64,000 nucleotides of DNA from Azolla caroliniana (lineage: Eukaryota; Plantae; Polypodiophyta), in NCBI GenBank assembly GCA_043228905.1, contig JBHGNT010000016.1:7006001-7070000 (forward strand), written 5' to 3'. The position numbers were made by a program, and so were the translations under genes. The notes under the pieces are model-generated. The model was not told where the DNA came from. It ran no database searches and saw nothing but the letters and a program-made list of their open reading frames with translations. This document shows positions 12,727-23,868 of the stretch, one piece after another; the stretch's first letter is position 1, and each line of letters starts with the position of its first letter.

Positions 12727-15700
12727 ACACTCTAGAATATTCTAGGTCATCCTAGAATGTAGAGTAATCTAGAAGGTTTCTAGAGTATTTTAGAAGGTTC
12801 TAGTGTATAGAACACTCTAGAACATTCGAAGTTATTCTAGAATGTAGAGTAATATAGAATATTCCTATGATATTAGATTATATATTCTAAAAACTATACA
12901 TATAAGAATGTTAATACAATGGTTAAGGATTTGACATGTATACAACAAGATCGTAGGTTCAAATCCTTTCAAGGCATGATGTGAGTGTCATCATGACACT
13001 ATCTCCCTTCTTCGACGACACGTCTCACGGGTTGTAGGGTTTGTATTAGGACCTGGTTTATGAGAATATTGGTGATGAAATGCAGTGACCATATCCACAA
13101 CATTGGAAAGATTTGCGGCAGGTTCCCATGTTCGATCATTGGGGGTATAGCCTAGCCAATCGACCCAATAATACAGCTTGTTGCACACGATTTTAGAATT
13201 GAGAATGGCAGCGACCTCAAATTTGGGTCCATCCAAGAACTCAACTGATGGGGGGGGTGTCGTAAGACGACCCGGAATTGAACTTGCAGTATAAGGTTCC
13301 AAAAGGGATACATGAAACACCGGATGAAGACGCATGTGTAGAGGGAGGCCAAGACGAAATGCAACATCACTTATCTTACCAGTGATCATGTAAGGGCCAA
13401 AATGTTGGTAATCCAATTTATGACAAGGCCGAGTGGTCTTGATGTTGTGTTGGAGAAGCCATACACGATCCCCAACGCAGAACTTTTTTTAGGAGTCTAG
13501 GCGATGACGATCCGCAAGCCTCTTGTGTGTAGCTTGAGCATCATGCAAATTGTGGAGAATGGTAGCATGAATTTCTTGGAGGCAACTAAGACAATCCTCA
13601 ACAACAGGGTTGGTAGGAACGTGTGGATGCACATTCATCGTCCACTGAGGATGACAACCCGTATTTGCGAAAAATGGGGAATATCTTGTAGAAGAATGGG
13701 CTAAGCTGTTGTAAGAGAATTCAACCAAGTGCAAACAATCAACCCAATCACCTTGTTGATATTTAATGAAACAATGAAGATATTGCTCCAAAGTATGTTT
13801 GGTACGCTTAGTTTGGCCATTAGTCTCGGGATGATAGCCCGAAGAAAGCTTAACCTAAATGTGGAGAAGTTTGAGCATGTGCTTCCAAAACTTTGAGATG
13901 AATTGTGGACCATGATCACTAATAATATCATCCGGCAGACCATGATGCCTAAATACCTCCTGCTTAACGAGATCGACCACCTCTTGACTAGTAATAGACT
14001 TCGTACATGGCAAGAAGTGTGCCATTTTGGTAAGTTGATCCACAATGGTGAGAATTGCATCAAAACCTTTTGAAACTGGGAGATCAGTAATGAAATCCAA
14101 GGATATAGACTTCCAAGGATTTTCCGGAATGGGAAGTGGTTGTAGTAAGCCATAGGATCGGTGTTGAGGATTCTTTGATCGACAACATATATCACAGCTG
14201 CGAACATACTCCTCAACAAAATGATGAAGGCGGGGCCATCAATAGTGTCGAGAAATTAATTCTAGAGTTTTGCGAACTCCAAAATGACCAACCATTGGTG
14301 AGTCATGGCAATGTTGTAAAACTTGTAGTCGTGGGGGACCATCAGGAACATACAATAGGTTTTGCCGAAACAAAAAACCACCATGCCAATAGAACTGATG
14401 ATAGTCATTACGAGAGTTTTTCGACTGTGAGCAAGAAGCACGATCTGGGACGATATGATCCAAAACATCCTTGGTGAATTCATCAGTGGCCTTATGATCT
14501 CGAATGGAATCAAGAAGAGTGGAATCTTCAAGCATTGGTATGGCATTAACTACCATTAATCGTAGGTGATTAGGACCTTGGAAAAGGATTTGTTTTTTAT
14601 GCTTGAATGCAGCTTCCTCGGGACGAAGTTCCATATAAGAGCACCGGGAAAGAGCATCTGCTTTGCCTTGTTGCATCCCAGGGCGATATATGATGACAAA
14701 GTCGAAGTGAGTAAAAAATTGCGCCCACTGGGCTTGTCGCCGACTCAAGACTCGAGCAATTTGAAAATATGCTAGGTTCTTATGATCGTTGTAAACAATG
14801 ATCCGTTGAGAAGAACCTTCTAGAAAATGTCGCCATTGTTGAAAAGAATCGGTTTGCCATATTCTCATCAATATATTCCCACAAAGTCTTTAGCTCTATA
14901 GGTGAGAGAGATTATAAATTGGGCCATGTGGAGGTTCTTTCCCTGGTTGTAAGTCAATAGGGCAGTCGTATGGCCGATGCTCCGGCAATGTATTGGACTT
15001 CACCTTGTCAAAGACATCTGAGAATTCCTTGTATTTCTATGGTAGTTTAATGTCCGCTTCATGTAAAGTGGATGATGGAGTTGCTACTATTGCGAAGACC
15101 AACATGGCCTCGTTCCCCCCTTCCTCACATAACTGTCGTAGAGAGATGGTCAATAACTCAAGGGATCTAGTATCACATGTCGGAGAGAGGGATGCGAGGT
15201 TTGTGCTTTTTTCCTAGGTCTCCTCAATCATCCAATCAATCTTCGGGTTATGGATTTTAAACCAATGGAGACCACATACTATTGGGTGTTCCGGACTGCG
15301 AATAATCATGTTGAAAGAGATTATGTTTGCCAAATTGCCAAGAACTATCCGAATTGGCTCAGACCCCTTGACTATATCTCCTGATGCTATGGGACAACCA
15401 TCAATGACTCCTACGGCTACAAGGCTTGGGAGCTTATTCAAGAGGATGTTTTGTGACAAGGCATATTCACGATCCATGAAACAAGAGTTGGCTCCAGAAC
15501 CTAGGAGGGCAGAGGCTAGGACTCGATGACATGTAAATGTGGTAAGCTCGACTTGTGCAGAAAAAACTCGACTCACGTCATTTGATGAAGTGGAACCACG
15601 ACTAGGAACTAACTCTACATAGCTGGGATGGTCCAACCAAATGGCTCCTAGTTTGGCCGGACTTACTCGTTTAACACATCCTCTAATTGGCTCAAGACAT

Positions 15701-17264
15701 CGATTCTATGTTCATGGCATGGACTATGAGGCTTACTTATGTTATTAGAAGTAACAATGGAACTCGAATTAGGGTTGTCATGGGCACTTACTTGGTATAC
15801 TTGACATCTAGGTTTATGTGGACAATTTACAACTATATGTCCTAGACCGCCACAATACATGCATAGGCAATGCGCTCGACGACGTTGCTTCTCAGCATCT
15901 GATAAAGGCCCACGACGTTGTGTTGACTCTATTTCCATCAGAGTTGGGCCATTCCTTGTAATGGGTCTGGAAACTTGTGGAGGTGTTGCGACTACGGAAG
16001 CGTAACATTTGTTGGCGCTCAGAACGACGCTCAAATAGGCGATTATCACATCGCACAGCTCGACTAATGGCCTCTGTAAGTGACTTCGGATCTTCAAGGA
16101 AAGGAAGAAGAAGATCTTTGACATCATTTCACAAACCTTGACGGAATTGATCCATTAAGGCTGCCTCATCCCAAGGGATATCGCATGCCAAGAGACGAAA
16201 ATCAGCTGCGTAAGCCGATGCGGGATGATCTCCTTGTCAAAGCCTTCGGATCTTGTTTATTGTTGTCCTAGTGCTGTCGGTGTTTCCGAAACTAGCTTGA
16301 AACTCCTTAACACATGCCTCGAAATCCTCTGACAATGGCGATTTCTTCTCGAGAAGTGGTGTGAACCATGCTAACGTCATACCGCATAGCAAAGTTCCCA
16401 CTAATCCCACACGAGTAGCGTCAATTGGATATCGATTGGGATGTAGCTGAATAACCAGACAAACTTGATTCAAAAAGCCTCGAAATAAAGACCTTGTACC
16501 ATCAAACTTGGGGGAGGCTAATCTTGGGTTCTTTAGGGGATTTCTGAGCCCATGGCGCTTGTTCTCATAATGATAATATAGTTGCCTCGAGTTGGTGAAC
16601 CCTTTTGATAATTCTTCATACTGTTGAGCTTTTTCGGCGCTCATATGTTTTAGGTCTCCAAGTAGCCTTTTATTTTCATTCTCTAATGCCACACATTTAT
16701 TCGTGAGCATGTCGAGCTCAGAAAGAACACGCATATACTCTTGTTTGCTCACAGACTCCATAGTTTATGAGGGGAGAGGAGAAGGAAGAAGAGAACTTGT
16801 TAGGGTTTGTAGAAGAGGAAGAAATGAAAAAAAAAAGGTTCAAACTGTCAAGAGAGAGAGAGAGAAAGAGAAACATTGTATTGTAGAGTAAAATGGATTG
16901 TAAGGAGTAGGCAATATAGTGCTACAAAATGGCGTTGAACCAATTTAGGTTTGGGATGATTGATAGATCCCTATTTATAAGTAATAGAGAACACTCTAGA
17001 GTATTCTAGGTCATCCTAGAATGTAGAGTAATCTAAAAGGTTTCTAGAACTTATTCTAGAAGGTTTTAGTGTATAGAACACTCTAGAAAATTCTAGGTTA
17101 TTCTAGAATGTAGAGTAATATAGAATTTTCCTATGATATTAGATTATATATTCTAAAAATTATACATATAAGAATATTAATACAATGGTTAAGGATTTGA
17201 CATGTGTACAACAAGGTCGTGGGTTCAAATTTTTTTGAGGCATGATGTGACTGTCATCATGACA
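12727..17264 (-). mobile_element. Ty3/Gypsy chromovirus 'A' (Tcn1-like): gag-PR-[RT deleted]-RNaseH end-INT-chromodomain
   Basis: 5' LTR 16846-17264 (TGTCA...TGACA). Truncated 3' LTR 12727-12998 preceded by PPT GAAGGGAGATAG. Gag CCHC CMYCGGLGHIVVNC, protease LLGSGANSCF, integrase MDFITDLP and chromodomain YYWVDWLGY...TWEP. Confidence 0.93.
12905..12975 (+). promoter_or_regulatory. tRNA-like Pol III A/B-box cassette in the Gypsy A 3' LTR (second copy at ~17171-17240)
   Basis: A-box-like TAATACAATGG at 12912-12922 and B-box GGTTCAAATCC at 12956-12966, 44 nt start to start. Confidence 0.6.
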
Positions 17265-18394
17265 AAACCATATTGGTTGGGATGTATCAACTTTTGTAAT
17301 CTATTTGCCAAGACCTTTGTAAATATCTTATAGAACTCCCCTATCAAAGAAATAGGTCTTCATTGATGAAATAACTCAGGAGATGCCACGTTTGGAACTA
17401 ATTTAATTAGACCAACCTTCCAAGCTTGAGGCATATGAACCGAATCCCAAGAATATTGGAACATCAAAGTTAAGGGCCCCTCAAAAATGTTCGAATATCG
17501 CTTAAAAACTTCATTTGTTAAGCCATCCCAACCAGGGCTCTCACCACTAAGAAGATGCCTTAAAACCATGTCCACCTCATCCTTAATGAAATCTGCATCC
17601 AATTCATGGCTAATGAGGTCATGCACAATACATCCAACCACATCATAAAACTCATGATGTGCTCTACTCGCCTCATTTGTGAAATCAGCATTCAATTCAT
17701 GACTAATGAGGTCATGCACAATACATCCAACCACATCATATAGCTCATGACGTGCTCTACTCATCTTATTTGTCATTAACAATTGTGGGCCAATCAACTC
17801 CTTAAAGTAATGAACGCATATGTCAATTATTATAGTAGGATCCACGATCAATTCATCCCCTTGTTTCATATTTACCACATTAGATCGAGCATAAGTAGGA
17901 TGTAATGCTTGCAAAAACAAATGATATTGACATTGATTATCTATGAGCCCATCCCTAAGTTGTCGCATTTTAGCATACCGATAACTTTGACATTGCAACT
18001 GAGAAATAATAGCTTGCAATTGACTCTAGATATCCAAAAACTCCTCATCTAATAGTGCTTGTATCAATAATACATTACACTTGGAGAGAACTTGTGCGAA
18101 TTGTTGAAGAATACCTCTTCTTCGTTGAGCATTCGTTACTCCATACATACGATGAATGATCTTAATGTTTGGTAATGTGATATCCCATGCTTTAACTCCT
18201 TTAAGATTCACTTGTTGTGAAAAAATTCCCAAATTTTGCTCCATGAGAGAATCAAAGTGAGGTTGAAGCAAAAGAGAAGAGTTAAAGGGTAATGGAGGCT
18301 TTCCAAGTAAGGATCTATACATGTCAATTGGATGATTACAAACCTCCAAAGAAATAGGAAAGTGATGTACAGTTCCACATCTTGTAAAACTTTC
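17265..18394 (-). mobile_element. L1-clade LINE, middle segment (endonuclease end to RT start)
   Basis: HHFPISLE, SPGWDGLTNEVF, GLIKLVP and HPNQYGF motifs. Contains an in-frame 93-bp duplication at ~17570-17762. Confidence 0.88.
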
Positions 18395-18640
18395 TATCAC
18401 GAACAAGTATAATAAAGCAAAGCAAAGACAAGACTAGAACGCAAGAGAGAGGAAAAGAGCAAAAACTCAACTTATGGAATCCGTAACTGTTGTTGTTCAC
18501 CTTGATTAGAATCAAGGTGCACTTGAGTATTTATACAAGAAGGTAGGGCTATGTAAGCCAGCTAGAAATAGAGTATGCATGAGGATGCAAACTTCCAATG
18601 TTCAATCTACATTACATGAAGTTGGATCTTATATAAGGAT

Positions 18641-18712
18641 GTATATGTAGCTCAATTGGTAGGGTTGCCCAATAGAGACCATGAGGTCTTGGGTTCAATC
18701 CTTACCTTCTTC
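18641..18712 (+). promoter_or_regulatory. tRNA-like Pol III A/B-box cassette in the Gypsy B LTR
   Basis: A-box TAGCTCAATTGG at 18648-18659, variable-loop-like GAGGTC, and B-box GGTTCAATCC at 18692-18701. Confidence 0.75.
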
Positions 18713-21700
18713 TGTGGCATATGTCTATGACATTATCCTCCTTCTAAGGCCGCCTCTTAACACCCGAACGGGTTATGAGGGTATCGTTGATGAAAAGCGT
18801 GAATTGCCTCTAGCACATTTTGTAAATGTGTAACTGGTTCCCATGTGGTGTCCGAAAGAGGGTAACCTTTCCATGAGACCAAGTATTGAAGTCTTCGGCG
18901 ACGCAAGCATGAGTCGAGGATCCGAAAACCTCGTACTCCTCACCTATCGATAATTCCACGAGCGACGATGGAGGAGGTTGTCGTCCCGGCATGCGAGAAG
19001 GATGGTAGGGTTCAAGGAGAGAGACGTGGAAAACATTGTGAAGCCGAAATGTGGGGGGAAGCGCTAACCGAAAGGCAACTGGGTTAACGCGCTCGAGGAT
19101 ACGGAAGGGGCCTAGCTTTTTGTAGTCAAGCTTCGCGCAAGGACGGGTGGTTGCGATGTGGCGACGTAGCAACCAAACCATGTCACTAACTGCGAAGGTC
19201 GGCACTACCAAACGATATCGGTCAGCGTGAGCTTTATATTGTTTGCCGGCGGCACGAAGCTCAAGGGAGAGGTCACGATGGACATCTTGTAAGGTGTGAG
19301 GATGCCTCTCGGTCGACGGATTGACGGAAGTCTCCGGAATGGAAATGCTGAAACGAGGGTGGAAACCGTAGTTTGCAAAGAATGGGGAAACCTTAGTGGA
19401 GGCATGGATACTATTATTGTAGGCAAATTTCGCCACGGTAAGGAAGTCCACCCAATCATCTTGTTGGTAGCTGACTGTACACCGAAAATATTGTTCAAGG
19501 ATTTGGTTGACTCTTTCGGTTTGGCCATCAGTTTGAGGGTGATGCGCATTAGAAAAGTTCATGGAAGTCCCGAATGTCTATAGAAGTCGGCGCCAGAAGT
19601 GGGAGATAAATTGACGACCTTGATTAGAAGTGACATCCTCAGGGAAGCCCTGTAATCAGAAGACATTTTTCAGAAAAAGGTCAGTTGTCTCCTCCCCCGA
19701 AATGGTTTTCGAACATGGGACAAAGTGAGACATCTTCGAAAATTGATCGACGACCACTAGCACCGTGTCATGGTAACCGACCCGAGGAAGGTCGGTGAAA
19801 AAGTTCATGGAGAGAGATGCCCAAGGTCGACTGGGAATTGGAAGTGGGTGGAGAAGGCCGTATGGACAGTGGTGAGCCGCTTTGGAGCGAGCACAAACGT
19901 CACAAGTTTTGATAAATTCTTTGACCAATTTCCAAGATTGGGGACGCCAAAACCCCCGAGACAGTAACGTTAGCGTTTTCGTGACCCCAAAGTGTCTGAT
20001 AAGAGGATCATCATCGCAAGTTTGTACTACTCGGATGCGATGTGTGTCAGTTGGTACGTAAAGGAACTGATTACGATAGAGTAGCCCATCCTGAGTTGTA
20101 AAGTGACTAAGATCCGAGCTTTGCATTTCCTGGGATGGGTTGTTGAGGTGCGCCATGATGTCAGTAGCGAAAGGGTCTGACGTGGCTGATTGGGCGATCT
20201 TGTTGAGAAAGGAATCATCATGCACCATATAGGTTGCGAACATGTGGAGTTCATAGGGCCGCAAAAAACAATGTGATAGCTGAGAATATGCGTTGTCACC
20301 TGGGCGTAGTGCAAAGTCGAGTTGCCGAGAGAGAGCATCTGCTTTCCCATGTTAAACATCGGGTCAAAACAAGATTTCGAAGTCGTAGTCGGCGAGAAAA
20401 GATGACTAGCGAGTCTGCCTCCGATTCAACATACGAGTGGTGGTGAAATAGATGAGATTCTTGTGGTCGGTCAACACCTGAATACGATGTTGGGCCCCAG
20501 TCAGATAGGTTCACCATTCGACAAAGGCCGAGATGATAATTGCAAGCTCCTTGTCATAGACCGGATATTTGATTTCTGGGCTTATAAATTTCCGAGAGGA
20601 GACGGCGACCAAATGCAGGGTGCCATCGTCGTCGGGCTGAGACAAGACTGCACCTATGGCAAAGTCGGAGGCGTCAATTTCAACCTAGAAAGGGCAGGCG
20701 GGGGCGGAGAGAAAAGCTGCTTTGAGGGCATTAAAAGCATTGAGTGTCGCGAGGGTCCAAAGAAATGGAGTATCTTTCTAGGTAAGTTGGATGAGATGTT
20801 GGACTAGGGATGAAAACCCGTCTATAAATCGTCTGTAAAAATTTGCAAGACCAAGAAACGATTGTACCTCTTTCAACCAAGTCGGGAGAGGCCAATCAAT
20901 GATTGCCGCTACCTTGCCTTCATCCATTGTGATCCCGGTAGGTGAGATCATGTACCCCAAGAATTCGACAGAGGTTCTATCGAATTTGCATTTCTCACTT
21001 TTGGGGAAGAGCCCATATTCCTAGAGTTTGGTGAGAACCAGCCGGACATGTTGTGTGTGCTCCTCCCAGTTGGTAGAAAAAACTAGGATGTCGTCAAGGT
21101 AGATGCCCACGAAATGATCGAGATAGTCTCCAAAAAGATCGTTCATCTTGTGTTGGAAGACAGCTGGAGCATTGGTAAGGCCGAATGACATCACTTTGTA
21201 CTCGAAATGTCCATAGCGTGTCCAAAAAGGCAGTTTTCCACTCGTCCCCAGGCTTGATGTGCACCAAATTGTAGGTGCCCTGAAGGTCGATTTTGGAGAA
21301 GATGTGCCCAGTTTTGAGTCAATCAAGGAGCGTTGGAATTAAGGGCGATTACGAATCGTAACTTTGTTGAGACCCCGATAATCGACACATAAGCGTAAGG
21401 AGCCGTCCTTCTTTTTGACAATTAAGATTGGTGCCCTAGCCGTTCATTTGGAGGGTTGAATAAAGCCCTTCGCGAGATTCTCAGCCAGATATGTGCGGAG
21501 ACCTTCAAGTTCGGGTTCAAATAACCCATATATAGGATTGAATGGGGGATGCGCGCCATCTTGGAGTTCGATTAGGTAATCGTAGGGGCGATGAGCCGGG
21601 AACCGATCGACATTCCGCTTTTCGAAGATCTCAGAAAAATCGCTATATCAAACGAGTAAATTGCTGACAGGAATGGTGATGTCCCCCGACACAACGGCCA

Positions 21701-22123
21701 ATCTAGAGACCAAACCGGACTCGACCGTAACGGAATCAAGAGAGTGTCGTGACCTAGTAGGAATTGGCCTTAATGGAAAAGTGATGGAGTGGTTACACCA
21801 ATCCACCGTCGGATTGTGTATCTCCAACAAAGATAGCCCCAACACAATTGAATGTCGAGGGGTTGCGATGAGGTAGAACGTGAGTTCCTCTTGACGCACC
21901 CCGACTTGAAATACCAATGGGAGAGTAGCTGCCCCCAAAGAAAGATCCCGACCGCCGATTGCGTTCATCCATTGTGATCTTGGTAGGTGAGATCATGTAC
22001 CCCAAGAATTTGACAGAGGTCCTATCGAATTTGCATTTCTCACTTTTGGCAAAGAGCCCATATATCCCAGAGTTTGGTGAGAACTAGCCGGATATGGTGT
22101 GTGTACTCCTCCCAGTTTGAAGC

Positions 22124-22529
22124 ATAGTTGTTAAAAACACGTATTCTACGTTTAGAGTACGTTTTAGTATACTCTGAAGTATTCTACACGTATTCTACGT
22201 TTCAGAACTGCCGTTCTTTAAATTTTGACGTATTCTACGTATTTAACAAGTATTTATCATTTCAAAAAATATTTTCTTTTTTTTGAAAAAAAAAATCTTT
22301 AAATTTTAAGAAGTGTTTAAGGTATTTTACAAGTATTCTACATGTATTCTAAGTATTCTACACGTACTCTAAGTATTCTAAACGTATTCTACACGTACTC
22401 TAAGTATTTAACGCACTTTATCTATAAAATACATATTCTAAGTATTTAAAAAAAAGAAGTTAGAATACTTGTAGAATATTTAGAATATGCATTGTACGCG
22501 TATTTTATGCTAAGTATTTTACAACAATG
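22124..22529. mobile_element. hAT-type MITE inserted in Gypsy B RT
   Basis: TIRs CATAGTTGTTAAAA / TTTTACAACAATG, degenerate 8-bp TSD GTTTGAAG / GTTGGAAA, and internal (A/C)GTATTCTA repeats. RT sequence resumes on both sides. Confidence 0.82.
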
Positions 22530-23796
22530 GTTGGAAAAATAACTAGGATGTCGTCAAGGTAGATGAACACGAAATGATTGAGATACTCTCGAAAAATATC
22601 GCTCATCATGTGGTTGAAGACGGTCGAAGTGTTGGTAAGGCCGAATGGCATCACTTTGTACTCGAAATGTCCATAACGCGTCCGAAAGCCCGTTTTCCAC
22701 TCGTCCCCAGTCTTGATGTGCACCAAATTGTAGGCGCCCCGAAGGACGATTTTGGAGAAGATATGCCTAGTTCGGAGTCGATCGAGGAGTGTTGGAATTA
22801 AGGGCAAGGGATAACGATTACACATTGTAACATTGTTGAGACCCCGATAATCACCACATAAGCGTAAAGAGCCATCCTTCTTTTTGACAAATAAGATTGG
22901 TGCCCTGACCGGTGATTTGGAGGGTTGACGGCTTCCCTGAAGATGTCACTTCTGATCGAGGTCCTCAATTTATCTCCCCTTGTTGGCGCCAACTTCTATG
23001 AACTTGTCAACCGAGCACCACCCTCAAACTGAACGCCAAACTGAAAGAGTCAACCAAATCCTCGAACAATACGTCGGGTGTATAGTCAGTTACCAACAAG
23101 ATGATTGGGTGGACTTCCTTGCCATGGCGAAAATTGCCTACAATAATAGTATCCAATGTCCATGCTTCAACTAAGGTTTCCCCATTCTTTGCAAACTATG
23201 GTTTCCGCCCTTGTTTCAGCATTTCCATTCCGGAGATTTCCGTTAATCCGTCGGCTGAGAGGCGTGCCCACACCTTACAAGATGTCCATCATGACCTCTC
23301 CCTCGAGCTCTATGTCGTTGACAAACAATATAAAGCTCACGTAGACCGTTATCACTTGGTCGTGTCGACCTTTGCAGTCGGTGACATGGTTTGGCTGCTA
23401 AATCACCACAGTAACCACCCATGCTTGCGCGAAGCTTGACTACAGAAAGCTAGGCCCCTTCTGTATCCCCGAGCGCGTTAACCCAATCACCTTCTGGTTA
23501 GCACTTCCCCCCACATTTTGGCTTCACAATGTTTTCTACGTCTCTCTCCTCTAACCCTACCATCCTTCTCACATTCCGGGGCGACAACCTCCACCGCCGC
23601 CACCCGTGGAATTATTGACAGGTGAGGAGTACAAGATTGACCGGATCCTCGACTCCTGTTTACGTCGCCGAAGACTTCAATGCTTGGTCTTATGGAAAGG
23701 TTACCCTCTTTCAGACGCCACATGGGAACCAGTTACACACCTTGCGTGTTAAGAGGCGGCCTTAGAGGGGGGATAATATCATAGACATATGCCACA

Positions 23797-23868
23797 AAGG
23801 GAGATAGGGATTGAACCCAAGACCTCATGGTCTCTATAAGGCAACCCTTCCAATTGAGCTACATATGC
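23797..23868 (-). promoter_or_regulatory. tRNA-like Pol III A/B-box cassette in the second Gypsy B LTR
   Basis: Minus strand reads TAGCTCAATTGG (23861-23850) ... GAGGTCTTGGGTTCAATCCC (B-box 23817-23807). Confidence 0.75.

Noticed and set aside
18641-18712. Functional tRNA gene
   Set aside because: The acceptor and anticodon stems do not pair and the sequence is part of an LTR; it is retained only as a tRNA-like cassette.
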